Shown here: piece after piece, positions 29,959-40,645 of the stretch
Layout: each line of letters opens with the position of its first letter
Position numbering within the stretch: the stretch's first letter is position 1
Source: an uncultured candidate division WWE3 bacterium
GTDB lineage: Bacteria; Patescibacteriota; WWE3; UBA101185; UBA10185
Reading direction: 5' to 3'
Length of the DNA stretch: 64,000 nt
Assembly (NCBI GenBank): GCA_903879985.1
Contig: CAIRNR010000007.1
Location: 151,665-215,664, forward strand
Program-made: the position numbers and the translations under genes
The notes under the pieces: model-generated
Database searches by the model: none
The model's input: only the letters and a program-made list of their open reading frames with translations
Told to the model about the DNA's origin: nothing

Positions 29959-31462
29959 TTATGTAAATGGAACTATCTTTCACAAAAAAAACATCAGGTC
30001 TATCTTTCATATTTGCGGGTAGGTCTTCACCAATGCCTAAGACTAAAATATCATATTCACCAGGTTCATACGCGCGAACATCAAATACCTTGGAATTTGG
30101 ATATATTGTCTTTATAGGTTTTGTATCATAAAAACCTAGAGAAACTTCCCCATACTTTTTAACTATATAATCTCTAAGTTGCACCATGCCAATTCCAAAT
30201 GGTTTTTGAGCAATAATATGATTAGCCTGCGACGGTGTACCAACCAACGGACTCGTGTATGTAAAGTAGTAAGGATAATAAGTAAACATCGGAAGCATAA
30301 TAAATGCAACTGCAGCAGCTCCGGTAAAACCTAAGTAAATCTTATCTTTATTAATAAAATCTCTAAGCTTGTAAAAACCAAACACAGCTATAATTGCCAA
30401 AAACGGATATTCGGGCAACATATATCTATCCAATTTTTTTGCAGGAATAGTCATCACAACAAAATAGCCTATGTAAAAGACAAACAGCATCAATGTAAAT
30501 GAATTTAAATCAAATCGTAATTTTCTTTTTGTAAGATCTATCAAAAGAAGAAGCGCAAAAATTACAACGCCCAAAAGAGTAAAAGGAGAAACTTTTAGTA
30601 GCAACACCAAAGGATAAAAAGATTCATCCGCCGTTTCGGTGTATTCATCTAAAACTATTTGCGGATGCCCATTTTTTAAACCAACACGTTCAGATTCACT
30701 TATAATATTTTTCAGCACAAACATAGGCTGAACCCATAATGCCGGAAACAGTGCAAAGATCATAACTATCGAAGTAACAGTGACCAAACCTAAATATTTA
30801 ATATTCTTTCGATCTTTAATAATTTGATAGGCCGAATAAAAGAAGGCGAAAACTAAAGTACCAAGTCCAATGCTCTTAGTTAAAAAAGAAAGTGCAATAA
30901 ATAATCCAGTTAATAAAGCATATACAACAGACTTTTTATTAAACGTTAAATACATGCAAATAAGCGCCAGAAACACAAACAAGGTTAACAATACATCCAT
31001 GTGGTACATACGGGAATTTCCCAAAAAGAAAGGTTCCAAAGAAAAAAGCAAGACGGTGAAGAATGATTTATAAAAACCAATTATTTTTGTGAGCAACCAA
31101 AAGATTAAAATCGTAAGAATCAACTGGGCACTTACAACGCTGGCTTTAGCTACAAAATTGAAGGCCAAGAAGTTTGTTCTATCGTAGGTATTAATGTTTG
31201 TGACCTGCTTATACGCTTCAATAGCAACACCTGAAATCCACATTAAAGTTACGCCAGGGTGATAGTGCTGATAGGTTCGCAAAAAGTCGTGAGTTTTAAG
31301 ACCTACAATAAATTGCTGCGATCTATAGTGCCAGTTAACCCCGTCGGGATTTATTTCGTCAGGGCCAAGGTACAGGAAACGCGTCAAACCAAAGACAACG
31401 AAAAACAACACAATAAGTAATATTTTTTTAGTCTTTTCCTGTAGCATACAAAACTCCTCCAA
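29915..31462 (-). CDS. GT-C fold membrane glycosyltransferase, paralog B of 26783-28417.
   Basis: YQHYHPGVTLMWISG and KKLDRYMLPEYPF motifs. Confidence 0.7.
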   Translation of the reverse strand: MEEFCMLQEKTKKILLIVLFFVVFGLTRFLYLGPDEINPDGVNWHYRSQQFIVGLKTHDFLRTYQHYHPGVTLMWISGVAIEAYKQVTNINTYDRTNFLAFNFVAKASVVSAQLILTILIFWLLTKIIGFYKSFFTVLLFSLEPFFLGNSRMYHMDVLLTLFVFLALICMYLTFNKKSVVYALLTGLFIALSFLTKSIGLGTLVFAFFYSAYQIIKDRKNIKYLGLVTVTSIVMIFALFPALWVQPMFVLKNIISESERVGLKNGHPQIVLDEYTETADESFYPLVLLLKVSPFTLLGVVIFALLLLIDLTKRKLRFDLNSFTLMLFVFYIGYFVVMTIPAKKLDRYMLPEYPFLAIIAVFGFYKLRDFINKDKIYLGFTGAAAVAFIMLPMFTYYPYYFTYTSPLVGTPSQANHIIAQKPFGIGMVQLRDYIVKKYGEVSLGFYDTKPIKTIYPNSKVFDVRAYEPGEYDILVLGIGEDLPANMKDRPDVFFVKDSSIYINGLEYWRIYVEEDK

Positions 31463-32306
31463 TTAGACTTACTGCAAGTTTTGATAAGTGAAACAAAATG
31501 GAGGCGCTTAAAGCAACAGCCGGGGAAATTGCTACCAACGTAAATAGATCGCGATACATCGTATCTTGTACCCCAAGTCCGTTAAGTGAGGGAATAAAAA
31601 AACTGGCCAAGGTAATTAGTGGAAAAAACAAAAAAGTTGCACCTAAGGGCAAGCGCACACCTAAAGCCATGAAAATAAAGTACTGGGTGAAGATAGAACA
31701 CAGTTGAACTATTAAAGATGTAACAAGCGCCCAAATTACCACAGATCTATGGTGGCGGTATGAATATAAAGAATCAGAATATTTTTTAATCTTTGGAAAT
31801 TTCTTAGAAATAACCTTTAAGAATTTTAAGCCAATAAATATTCCTGCTATAGCTGCGATTACTACCAAAATAACATAACTTCCAATGTAATGAGTTAAAC
31901 CAAAGATAGAAATAAATCCTAAAACAACAACTCCTGTAAATCTTTCCATAAACGTCGACGAAAAACCTCTGGAGCTATCCCCCAGCTTTTTACTTAACCT
32001 GAAAATCTTGTAAACATCTCCACCAATACTTGTAGGCATGAAGTTATTGAAAAAAGACCCAATGAAATATAAAGAGGTTAAATACCAAACCGAAACTTTA
32101 TTATTCGATTCCAACAATAAGGACTTCCATCTAACGGAACTAATAAAATAGTTCATAACCAATAAACCAAGGATTATTGGAGCGTAAGCTAAATTAACTT
32201 TAGATATCGTAGCTACCAGAGATTGTTTATCAACTTTGAAGTACAGAAAAGCTATCAAAGCAACACTTACCACTATTTTTAAGATTAGCTTTGAATATTT
32301 CTTCAT
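31428..32306 (-). CDS. Lysylphosphatidylglycerol-synthase-TM-region-like (UPF0104, flippase-like) membrane protein.
   Basis: Eight TM helices in 292 aa with a central PTSIGGDVYK segment typical of this family. Confidence 0.55.
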   Translation of the reverse strand: MKKYSKLILKIVVSVALIAFLYFKVDKQSLVATISKVNLAYAPIILGLLVMNYFISSVRWKSLLLESNNKVSVWYLTSLYFIGSFFNNFMPTSIGGDVYKIFRLSKKLGDSSRGFSSTFMERFTGVVVLGFISIFGLTHYIGSYVILVVIAAIAGIFIGLKFLKVISKKFPKIKKYSDSLYSYRHHRSVVIWALVTSLIVQLCSIFTQYFIFMALGVRLPLGATFLFFPLITLASFFIPSLNGLGVQDTMYRDLFTLVAISPAVALSASILFHLSKLAVSLIGGVLYATGKD

Positions 32307-33787
32307 TTAAAACCAAAACGTTTCTTTAAAACTTTTACTTTATTCACTAAATACACAAAATCATCTTTTGTTACAAAACTAGAAATATAAAAACTCCAAA
32401 GCATTAGTGCAACAAAAATAGGAAATGTCACAAACTTAAGCCAAAAGTTATCGACAGTTACGATTAATGAAATTGCAAAGCCTTCCATTATTAGCACAAC
32501 GTGGTCAATGTTAAAGAAAGTTAGTTTAATTGTACGTGAAATCATAATAAGCATGTAAGCCAAAGCAATTAAGGAACCAAATGCGGCGCCCCAAGCCATA
32601 GCGGAAAGTTCGGGCAAAACAGGAATAAGTCTGGAGGTTACATAAAAAAATCCTCCGGTTCCAACAATCATTAACCCAAACGTAATAATCATATCTCGAA
32701 TCATTTTTGCAGGTATTAAAACGCTAGACTTTATAACATTAATATATGAATAAAATATGAACGCCATGATCATTGGCGCTACAAGTGGAAAAGACGCATC
32801 ATACTTTGAGCTGCCTACCAAAATCTTGGCTATTTCTCTGGCCCAAAAAGATGCAAACGCACCTACAAAAAGAACAATACAGAATAACTTATCAAAGTTT
32901 TTGGCAAAACTAACCTTAAAATCTTCTATATCGTTTACATACTTTTCGGAAAACACTGGCAAACTAACATCAGTAGCGGCATCGGAAATACTCATAAGTT
33001 TTTTAGCATACAACATAGCAAAAGCAAAAATTGCGACTGTAGCCGGGGTATTAAACAATCCTAAAATATTGTTACCCATCTTTTCCCAGTTAGTGTAAAT
33101 AACTTTAACCAAATAAATGGCCATGCTTATAGAAAATATTTCCTTAAACAAGCGTGTAAAGTCGCGCTTATTCGGCAGCTGCAATTTTCCTTTGAGAGGT
33201 TTAAAAGCTATAACTGCCAATGAAACCGAGCAAATAATATTAAAGGCCAAAAGTGCATAAAAATAACCGTTAATCTTGTATAACAATATTAAAGGCACGT
33301 ACACAATAACACTAACGAAAGCTATAACGACTTGATATATAAACAACTGACCAAATCTTTTTGTTCCTTGGATTACGGAGTTCAAGATACTCTGAAAACC
33401 CTGAAAGATTAAGGTTACAGCGTAAATTTTTAAAGGTAGCACCAGTAAGTCACTTTTATACATAGTTACAGCAATAAAATGTGCGAAAAAGAAAAGAACA
33501 AAAGCAACAGGAATACTTATAACGTATCGTATGACAGCCGAGGTAATGAAGACCTTGAAAACATCACTATCGTCCTTAGCGGCCGAAATTTCTCGAGTAC
33601 TGGCCGAGGCTAAACCTAAGTGTTGGTAAATACCCAAAGCACCACCAATAGATGAAGCTATTTGAACAATTCCCCAGTCGGAAACACTCAATATACGTAT
33701 TATTACAAACGTTTGAATAAGGCCCAGCGCCATTGCCATGCCTCTTGATATGAAGCTAATAAATTGCCATTTACCTAGTTCTTTCAT
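32303..33787 (-). CDS. Wzx-like polysaccharide flippase (MOP superfamily).
   Basis: 494 aa with about 12-14 TM segments. Confidence 0.65.
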   Translation of the reverse strand: MKELGKWQFISFISRGMAMALGLIQTFVIIRILSVSDWGIVQIASSIGGALGIYQHLGLASASTREISAAKDDSDVFKVFITSAVIRYVISIPVAFVLFFFAHFIAVTMYKSDLLVLPLKIYAVTLIFQGFQSILNSVIQGTKRFGQLFIYQVVIAFVSVIVYVPLILLYKINGYFYALLAFNIICSVSLAVIAFKPLKGKLQLPNKRDFTRLFKEIFSISMAIYLVKVIYTNWEKMGNNILGLFNTPATVAIFAFAMLYAKKLMSISDAATDVSLPVFSEKYVNDIEDFKVSFAKNFDKLFCIVLFVGAFASFWAREIAKILVGSSKYDASFPLVAPMIMAFIFYSYINVIKSSVLIPAKMIRDMIITFGLMIVGTGGFFYVTSRLIPVLPELSAMAWGAAFGSLIALAYMLIMISRTIKLTFFNIDHVVLIMEGFAISLIVTVDNFWLKFVTFPIFVALMLWSFYISSFVTKDDFVYLVNKVKVLKKRFGFK

Positions 33788-33797
33788 AGGATATACC

Positions 33798-35933
33798 TCA
33801 CTTTACTACGATATCGCCAATATACAAATTGCGGGTCTTGATTTTATTGGACATACCTACAAAAACTTTATACGTGCCTGAATTAATGAATTGGGGCAGA
33901 GCAATATCAACATCTTCTATATAATGTTTGTTTGTTTCCCAATTGGCAGGCTCATTTATAGAAAACGAAGGTAAGTTAGCCAATTGATAAAGTTCCCCTG
34001 TGGACTTGTTAATGTAAGTCATATACAAAACGAAACCTTCTAAAGCAGTACCATCTCTTTTCACATAAACTATTTGAGCTTTGTCATCGACTCCCCTAGT
34101 AACTTCAGCTGGAAGCGTAAAGTCGACGACTGTTAAGCCATAAAGTATTGGATAATTATATTTTTCGGTGTAAGCATATCTTTCTTGTAATGGTAGCAAC
34201 AACGACTGTGTATGTGGGCCAACTCTTTTGAATACAAATAGATTTCCGCAGCCGGTAGAAAGTTGGTAATTTGGATCTTTAATTAAACTACTTACTACGT
34301 CTTTAACTAAATTTGTTTGTAAATCTAAAATGGTAAGAATCTTCTGTGAAAAGACATCCACAATTACATAATCTGTTTGGTTGTATAAAGCAGGAAATAT
34401 TGCATATGTTTCACGTAAAGATAGCTGCGCACCTAAATAATCAGGACCTGAAACCGAAGCGCCGGCGGGAATCATGTTTACAACTTTTTGTGCGCATTCA
34501 ACGTCCTTATTATCAAGCTGAGTCAGTTTTACAACATCCCCAATTTTAACTTTATTAAGGTCAATGCTGTTATCAAACTCTTTTGCAAATGCTCTTCGAG
34601 TCACAGCCTGTTGAAGCCATAAATAAACAGGATTGTTGTAAAAAAACGTAGTATAAATACTAAAACCAAATGTAATAAGAGCGGCTACAATAATTATAGA
34701 TTTTTTTATTTTCGGAAAGCTTTTCTTTTTAAACGACGTTAAATAATATGCCAAAAAGCTTATACCGTAAATTGTTGAAATAAACACGATAGGAAGAATC
34801 ATAGACACGCGATGATTGGTTATTTCCGAAGTACCTACGCCATCAACAGTCGTTAAAAAGTTAATGAAAATATCTGGAGACGCAATTATTAGAGTAAGTG
34901 GCGAAAGTATGGCCATATAGCCGACTGGTTCAAAAATTCGTTGTAAATTCTCTATTCTATCGCCACTAAATAAAACCTTAATCACCATTTTTGGGTTTGT
35001 AACCATGGTAATTAAGACTTCTGAATATGAATTTCCAAAGTCAGAGTATCTACCCAAAAAGTAATTTTCCTCATCAACATTACGCACTGAATTTGGATCA
35101 ATTTGTAATGTAGCGGCAAATTTCTGAAAGCCATCGACCCTTTGTTTTGAGTAAGCAGGAATAATAATTAAAAATGCGACAACAAACCAAACTATGCCTA
35201 CGCCAATCATGCTAAGTGCAATCTTTGAAGTTTTTAATGAAATAAATTTTTTAAACCAGTCAAAATCAAACTTAAATTTTGGAGCATCAATACTTCGGAA
35301 AAACATTACAAAAATTCCATAAAGTATTACATATAAAGGTAATTGTTCTTTTCCGGACATTGTAAGAACAAGCATTAACCAAAACAAAATCATGCGGCCT
35401 TTAGAAAAATTCTTTTCTCTATACATTTTCTCGAAAACGTAGAAGGCGGTTAAGAAAAATGGAACTACTACAGTAACACCATGAAACCCGGTTGTGGCAT
35501 TTAAATAGCCAATAGATGGGTTAAGTAAATATGCAGCAGATATAAGAAAGGCAGCGATCTTGCTGTCTAATTCTAATTCGGCGATTTTGTAAACAACAAC
35601 AGCGCCCAGTATTACTAAAATAAACTGCGAAAACACCAATACAAGCGGGTGCTGATAAATAGCAAACAAAGGCAAGAATAATAATAATATTGGATCAACG
35701 TGACTCATTGACCATCGTGGCAAGTTTGTTCCAAAGTAATCGGTTAAGTACATAAAATGCCCGTGAAGCGTTGTCCAAAGCATTTGAGACATGTTACCCA
35801 AATCAAACTTACCAAAATCGAAATCGTTGTACCTAAATATATTCATACGCGCATTTACAAAAATATTAACTAAAATTAAAATCCACAAAAGGATAAAAGT
35901 AATATTATTTTTTATAAACAAGCGTAATTTCAT
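33798..35933 (-). CDS. Large polytopic membrane protein with a soluble C-terminal domain of about 250 aa (GT-C-like or DUF2079-like).
   Basis: 711 aa with many N-terminal TM helices and a hydrophilic C-terminus. Confidence 0.45.
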   Translation of the reverse strand: MKLRLFIKNNITFILLWILILVNIFVNARMNIFRYNDFDFGKFDLGNMSQMLWTTLHGHFMYLTDYFGTNLPRWSMSHVDPILLLFLPLFAIYQHPLVLVFSQFILVILGAVVVYKIAELELDSKIAAFLISAAYLLNPSIGYLNATTGFHGVTVVVPFFLTAFYVFEKMYREKNFSKGRMILFWLMLVLTMSGKEQLPLYVILYGIFVMFFRSIDAPKFKFDFDWFKKFISLKTSKIALSMIGVGIVWFVVAFLIIIPAYSKQRVDGFQKFAATLQIDPNSVRNVDEENYFLGRYSDFGNSYSEVLITMVTNPKMVIKVLFSGDRIENLQRIFEPVGYMAILSPLTLIIASPDIFINFLTTVDGVGTSEITNHRVSMILPIVFISTIYGISFLAYYLTSFKKKSFPKIKKSIIIVAALITFGFSIYTTFFYNNPVYLWLQQAVTRRAFAKEFDNSIDLNKVKIGDVVKLTQLDNKDVECAQKVVNMIPAGASVSGPDYLGAQLSLRETYAIFPALYNQTDYVIVDVFSQKILTILDLQTNLVKDVVSSLIKDPNYQLSTGCGNLFVFKRVGPHTQSLLLPLQERYAYTEKYNYPILYGLTVVDFTLPAEVTRGVDDKAQIVYVKRDGTALEGFVLYMTYINKSTGELYQLANLPSFSINEPANWETNKHYIEDVDIALPQFINSGTYKVFVGMSNKIKTRNLYIGDIVVK

Positions 35934-35936
35934 TAA

Positions 35937-36629
35937 TTAATCCAAAAACCTAAACTTAACTAAAGTTAAAATAGCGGCAAAGCCATCTTTCCATGTTATA
36001 TGCTTGCCTTCACTCCAACTACGACCTTTATAGCTAATAGGAACTTCTTTTATGCGCAATTTTGCTTTTAAGATTTTTGCCGTAATTTCAGGTTCAAAAT
36101 CAAAACGTGGGGATTTGATGTTAATTTTCCTAACAAAATCTCCAGGCATAAGTTTATAGCATGTTTCCATATCGGTAAGCAAAACCCCAAAGAATAAGTT
36201 AGTTACTATTGTAAGCATCTTGTTTCCAAAATAATGTAAGCTACTCATGTCTTCGTAGTTACCAGAAAACCTTGAGCCATAAATAACGTCGGCTTTACTT
36301 TCTTCTAATGCGCGCAACAAACCTTTTATATCCTGAGGATCGTATTCCAAGTCGGCATCCTGAACAACCACGTAATCGCCTGTTGAATGGGAAAACCCAA
36401 CTTTTAGCGTATCACCTTTACCTTTATTTTCAGGCTTGTAATAAAATTTAACGTTTGGGTAAACTTTTTCCAGATCCTTTAAAATATTTATAGTTCCGTC
36501 TTTTGACGCGTCATCCACTACAATAAGTTCTTTTTCAACAGCGTCCAGATCTACGGCCAATACTCTTTTTATTATTTCTTCAATCGTATTTTTTTCGTTA
36601 TACACCGGTATAACAACAGATAACTTCAT
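35937..36629 (-). CDS. GT2 polyprenyl-phosphate sugar synthase (DPM1/ArnC/GtrB-like).
   Basis: MKLSVVIPVYNEKNTIEEI...VVDDASKDGT...QDADLEYDP. Confidence 0.85.
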   Translation of the reverse strand: MKLSVVIPVYNEKNTIEEIIKRVLAVDLDAVEKELIVVDDASKDGTINILKDLEKVYPNVKFYYKPENKGKGDTLKVGFSHSTGDYVVVQDADLEYDPQDIKGLLRALEESKADVIYGSRFSGNYEDMSSLHYFGNKMLTIVTNLFFGVLLTDMETCYKLMPGDFVRKINIKSPRFDFEPEITAKILKAKLRIKEVPISYKGRSWSEGKHITWKDGFAAILTLVKFRFLD

Positions 36630-36631
36630 AA

Positions 36632-38281
36632 CTAATACTCCTTATTAACTTTTAACAACAAAGTAAAAAACTTAACTCCATTTATATTATAACTAAAGTT
36701 CTTAATAACTTCTAAATATGGTCGTTTATCTATATCTAATGTCGTGCTTGTATTATGCTCGTTTGTTAACAATAGATAGTCATACCCCCGAGCTTTTAGT
36801 TTAGACAACTCGATATTTTTATTTGCCTCAATGTAATAATACTCCCCATGCAAGCTTGATCCTGTACCCGAGCTAAGATCTTTATCGTTGAGATACCAGT
36901 CGGCAACGCTACTTTTATCGTTATATCCCACAAAGCCTGTAACATTAGCTGCTGTATATTCCGAGGCTTCTTTAATAGACAGATACAAATCCTTATGCAA
37001 ATACACAGGGGATAACGCCCAAACCAACGAGCTTATACACACAAACAGAGCGAAAGCTTTAAATTGCTTTTTATATATAAAGTAAATCACCGGTATCTGA
37101 AGTAAGATCACCGCGAGCAAGAATTCTTTTTGAATAAGCACAAACTGCAGTTTTAAATAAAATCGCACCAAAGGCACAAGAATTAGTAATAAAAATAATG
37201 GCGACAACCCAATAAGGTCTTTTAAAACAAACTTTTTTTGTGAAGTTTCAAAATGTTTTTCCAGGGCAAGCGTTAATGGTATAAGCAAAAACGGCAATAT
37301 CGGAATAAACAAACGGGGTAAAGCCGCGGGCCAGAATAAAATTAAAGTAAGTTCCAAGGCCACAAATGCAAAAATACCAGGGTTTTCTAGCAAAGTTTTA
37401 AGTGTGCCCTTAATATCTTTAATAAAAAAGAATCCCGCCGAGGTAAACCCGAACAAATAAACCAGAGAAGCTAAAAATATTAAAACCATTTCAATGTTGT
37501 AAACGCGACCCCCCGGTTCTTCAAAGTAACTTGAATTAAGCGGGTTTCTAAAAACCCAAAAACGTATTACAACGACTGCTACGCCAATGCCATAAGCAAA
37601 AAGAGTAACAAAATTGTTTTTAAGGTATTCAACTATTTTGGTAAAGAAGTCTTTAAAGGTCTTTAGGTTTCTGTAAAAAATTCCAACAAATATTGCCAAC
37701 GATAAAAAATAACCTTCAAAACGAACCCAAACCGACAAACCGCAAATTAAACCTAAAACTAGAGCCTGCGTTACACTTATTTTTTCTTTCCATCGCGTGA
37801 GCAAGTAAAACGCTAGCAAAACAAAAAACATAAACGGCACATCAGCATATATACGTAAGGACCAGTAGAATAATACAGGATTTAAGCAAAACAAAGCTAA
37901 GGTTAACTTACGATACTTTTCGTTTTTAATAAAAAGTCTTGTGATTTTTTCGAACAAAAACAAAGATAAAATACTAAAAACCAGCAACACTGCTCGACCA
38001 AAGAAAATTTGGTCAACAGGCGCGGGACGTGTTGCAAGAATAGCTGAAAACAACGGAGGGCGTTTTTCGTCAACGGGATATGTTCCCAGCCTAATATACT
38101 CAGAAGCACGTAGAATTCTGTAGGAATCACCCCACTCTGCAGCATTTATGTTAAAAAATAATATGTGCAGAAGGATGAATCCGGCGTAGAGCAAACCGTA
38201 AAACAGTTGTTGATTAAATGTAATTCTTTTTAGCAAAGACATATATTTGATCGATTTCCTGAGCTCTTCTTTCCCACGCAT
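36632..38281 (-). CDS. Polytopic membrane protein, GT-C-like.
   Basis: 549 aa and multi-TM. The start is uncertain because it overlaps the 3' end of the upstream GT4 gene. Confidence 0.45.
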   Translation of the reverse strand: MRGKEELRKSIKYMSLLKRITFNQQLFYGLLYAGFILLHILFFNINAAEWGDSYRILRASEYIRLGTYPVDEKRPPLFSAILATRPAPVDQIFFGRAVLLVFSILSLFLFEKITRLFIKNEKYRKLTLALFCLNPVLFYWSLRIYADVPFMFFVLLAFYLLTRWKEKISVTQALVLGLICGLSVWVRFEGYFLSLAIFVGIFYRNLKTFKDFFTKIVEYLKNNFVTLFAYGIGVAVVVIRFWVFRNPLNSSYFEEPGGRVYNIEMVLIFLASLVYLFGFTSAGFFFIKDIKGTLKTLLENPGIFAFVALELTLILFWPAALPRLFIPILPFLLIPLTLALEKHFETSQKKFVLKDLIGLSPLFLLLILVPLVRFYLKLQFVLIQKEFLLAVILLQIPVIYFIYKKQFKAFALFVCISSLVWALSPVYLHKDLYLSIKEASEYTAANVTGFVGYNDKSSVADWYLNDKDLSSGTGSSLHGEYYYIEANKNIELSKLKARGYDYLLLTNEHNTSTTLDIDKRPYLEVIKNFSYNINGVKFFTLLLKVNKEY

Positions 38282-39413
38282 ACAAAGAAACTATTTTATT
38301 AACATCTACTTTTCTTGGATGTTCAACCATATCAATAATTCTCTTTGCGATTTCTACGGGGTCAAGATTATCTTTGTCCAGATAACTTAAACCTTCAACT
38401 TCTTCTGAAAGTTTAAAACCCGAGACTAAACAAGGTATTCCACAAGCTAATCCCTGCATAACAGCCTTTGGTAATCCTTCCCATGCTGAAGGTAAAACAA
38501 ACACGTCTGATATTTGATAGGTAATAGGAACTTGAGGATATGGTGTGTAACCTGTGCGCATAACGCGAGACTCCAAACCTTTTTCCTTAATTTGTTCGTT
38601 AAGCTTTTCCATGTAAGAATCATCGCCAGAACCGGACAACAGTAATTTGTAATGTGGTGGGAAAAGAGCTGCGGCATCAATCAACAAATTAATGTTTTTT
38701 CTCTCGTTTAAAACACCGTGGTTCAAAATAATTTTATCGTATTCGTCTAAATCTAAGTCATGTCGGGATTTTGATCTTTCCTCAATAGTTACAGGATGAA
38801 AGATTTCAGTATTAACGCCGGTCTCAACCAAAAAGCAGCGACTTGGGTTTGCGCCATAATATTTAATTGCTTCCTGTCGGTTAGAATCACTTACAAAGAT
38901 ACAAGCGGCTGCAGCTTCAACGGCTTTTTTATCTGAGAATACTGCCATAGGCCAACCAACTTTTTTTGAGCCTTCTTTAATTGTTTTATTCTTTTCGATA
39001 AAAGCTGCCCAACGTCCCATGGCCGTGTTATGAAAATGAACAACTAAAGGAGTTTTAAGTTCGTCTGACCAAGGCATAAACTTCTTAAGAAATGCACGAT
39101 ATGTATAAATCCAAATTCCAAAATGGCCATGAGAATGAATAACATCACAAGTATTTCTTTTTCTCCACCAAAGATATTTGAAAAAAAGCAAAACTGAACT
39201 GGTAAAGAAAATTGTGTTAGGCAAAGGCTCACGAATTATTGGAATAACATTTACACCTTTTGGGCGCACAATTCTTCCGGCTTTTGGCCAATAGCCACAT
39301 AAAATATCAATTTGATGTCCCAACTTTACTTGAGCTACAGTAATTTCATAAGGATGTGGAGCTAAACCCTGCCAAGGCTCCGGCCAGTCATATACGATGC
39401 GTAATATTTTCAT
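38214..39413 (-). CDS. Glycosyltransferase family 4.
   Basis: EGLPKAVMQGLACGIPCLVSG motif. Confidence 0.8.
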   Translation of the reverse strand: MKILRIVYDWPEPWQGLAPHPYEITVAQVKLGHQIDILCGYWPKAGRIVRPKGVNVIPIIREPLPNTIFFTSSVLLFFKYLWWRKRNTCDVIHSHGHFGIWIYTYRAFLKKFMPWSDELKTPLVVHFHNTAMGRWAAFIEKNKTIKEGSKKVGWPMAVFSDKKAVEAAAACIFVSDSNRQEAIKYYGANPSRCFLVETGVNTEIFHPVTIEERSKSRHDLDLDEYDKIILNHGVLNERKNINLLIDAAALFPPHYKLLLSGSGDDSYMEKLNEQIKEKGLESRVMRTGYTPYPQVPITYQISDVFVLPSAWEGLPKAVMQGLACGIPCLVSGFKLSEEVEGLSYLDKDNLDPVEIAKRIIDMVEHPRKVDVNKIVSLYAWERRAQEIDQIYVFAKKNYI

Positions 39414-40643
39414 TTATATATCTTTCTCCTTGTGGAATACCACATCGGAAATTACCTGATCATACTGTTGAATCATATTTTCTAAAGAAAATTCGTTTAG
39501 AGCTTTTATTCTAGCATTCTCTGCCATTTTTTGCCTTAAAGATTGGTTATTTGCCAGTTCTAACAAGCGTAATTTGAAACTTTCGATATCATCTTGGCGA
39601 ACTACAAAACCTGTTTCGCCATTAATGACAGCATCGGGAACTCCACCTAGGCCAAAAGCAACTATAGGCAAGGAAGCCAACATAGCTTCGACTAAAACCA
39701 TTGGAAAACCTTCAATACGCTTGGTTGGGAAAACAAAAATATCAGGATGAGATAAAACGTAATAACTTACAACCTTTGAATAATCTAATTTACCTTTTAA
39801 AACAAGTTTTTTTGACAACCCTGCAGCTTTAACTTTTTCCTTAAACTCATCCAAATATGTTCCCCCACCAACAGCTATTAATTGAAAATTAGAAAATCTT
39901 TTGTCGCTTAAAATGTCAAATAAATAATCAAGACCTTTTTCCTTTGCAATCTGGCCAACGTATAAAAGTTTTATTTTGCTTTCCTCAAAAAAGTCTTCAT
40001 CACCTTTTTGCTGGTTCTCGGGAATAAGCTGTGTGTTTACACCGTTATGAATTACTTTAATCTTGCGCTCATCCACAAAAGTTTCTTCAATTAAAGATTG
40101 CTTAACAGCATTTGAAACAGCCACCACAAGATTTGAACCGTGAACAAAAGAACGCTGTACCGTAAAGAAATTGAGAATGACGTGCGGTAAATCTATGAAT
40201 ATTTTGATTACATCGGTAACGGAATTAATGCTGTTAACTCTGGTTTGAAATTCACCTGACTTAGTTCCGTGAGATATAGAAATAACAGGAATACCAATAT
40301 CTTTTTTTCTATTTATCACAGAAAGTCCGGAAGAACTTTGACTAATAAACAAATTAAATTTTGATTTAGAATTTTCCTGCGCAAAACTTTGCAACAGCAT
40401 GTTATACCAACTATTCTTTTGCCATTGAGTTATTATTGAAAATTTTGGTTTAATACAGTTAACAAATATGTATCTAACACCGTTTTCTGTAATTTCCGTG
40501 TCTTTTACTTCATTTTTTGGTGAAAAAACAACAACTGTATGACCCTTTTTGACCAGGCCCTCACACAATACCCTATTCTGTGTTTCTAATCCGCCAAACC
40601 CTTTGTGAAAAGTAGTAGCTTTAACGCTAACCGCTATGTTCAT
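39414..40643 (-). CDS. Glycosyltransferase family 4.
   Basis: EGFPMVLVEAMLASLPIVAFGLGGVPDAV motif. Confidence 0.85.
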   Translation of the reverse strand: MNIAVSVKATTFHKGFGGLETQNRVLCEGLVKKGHTVVVFSPKNEVKDTEITENGVRYIFVNCIKPKFSIITQWQKNSWYNMLLQSFAQENSKSKFNLFISQSSSGLSVINRKKDIGIPVISISHGTKSGEFQTRVNSINSVTDVIKIFIDLPHVILNFFTVQRSFVHGSNLVVAVSNAVKQSLIEETFVDERKIKVIHNGVNTQLIPENQQKGDEDFFEESKIKLLYVGQIAKEKGLDYLFDILSDKRFSNFQLIAVGGGTYLDEFKEKVKAAGLSKKLVLKGKLDYSKVVSYYVLSHPDIFVFPTKRIEGFPMVLVEAMLASLPIVAFGLGGVPDAVINGETGFVVRQDDIESFKLRLLELANNQSLRQKMAENARIKALNEFSLENMIQQYDQVISDVVFHKEKDI

Positions 40644-40645
40644 GA

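Noticed and set aside
32757-33098. Internal antisense ORFs inside large membrane-protein and ribosomal genes (also 42580-42900, 51221-51604, 51558-51992, 52241-52576).
   Set aside because: All are embedded antisense in strongly supported genes and are typical AT-rich frame artefacts.
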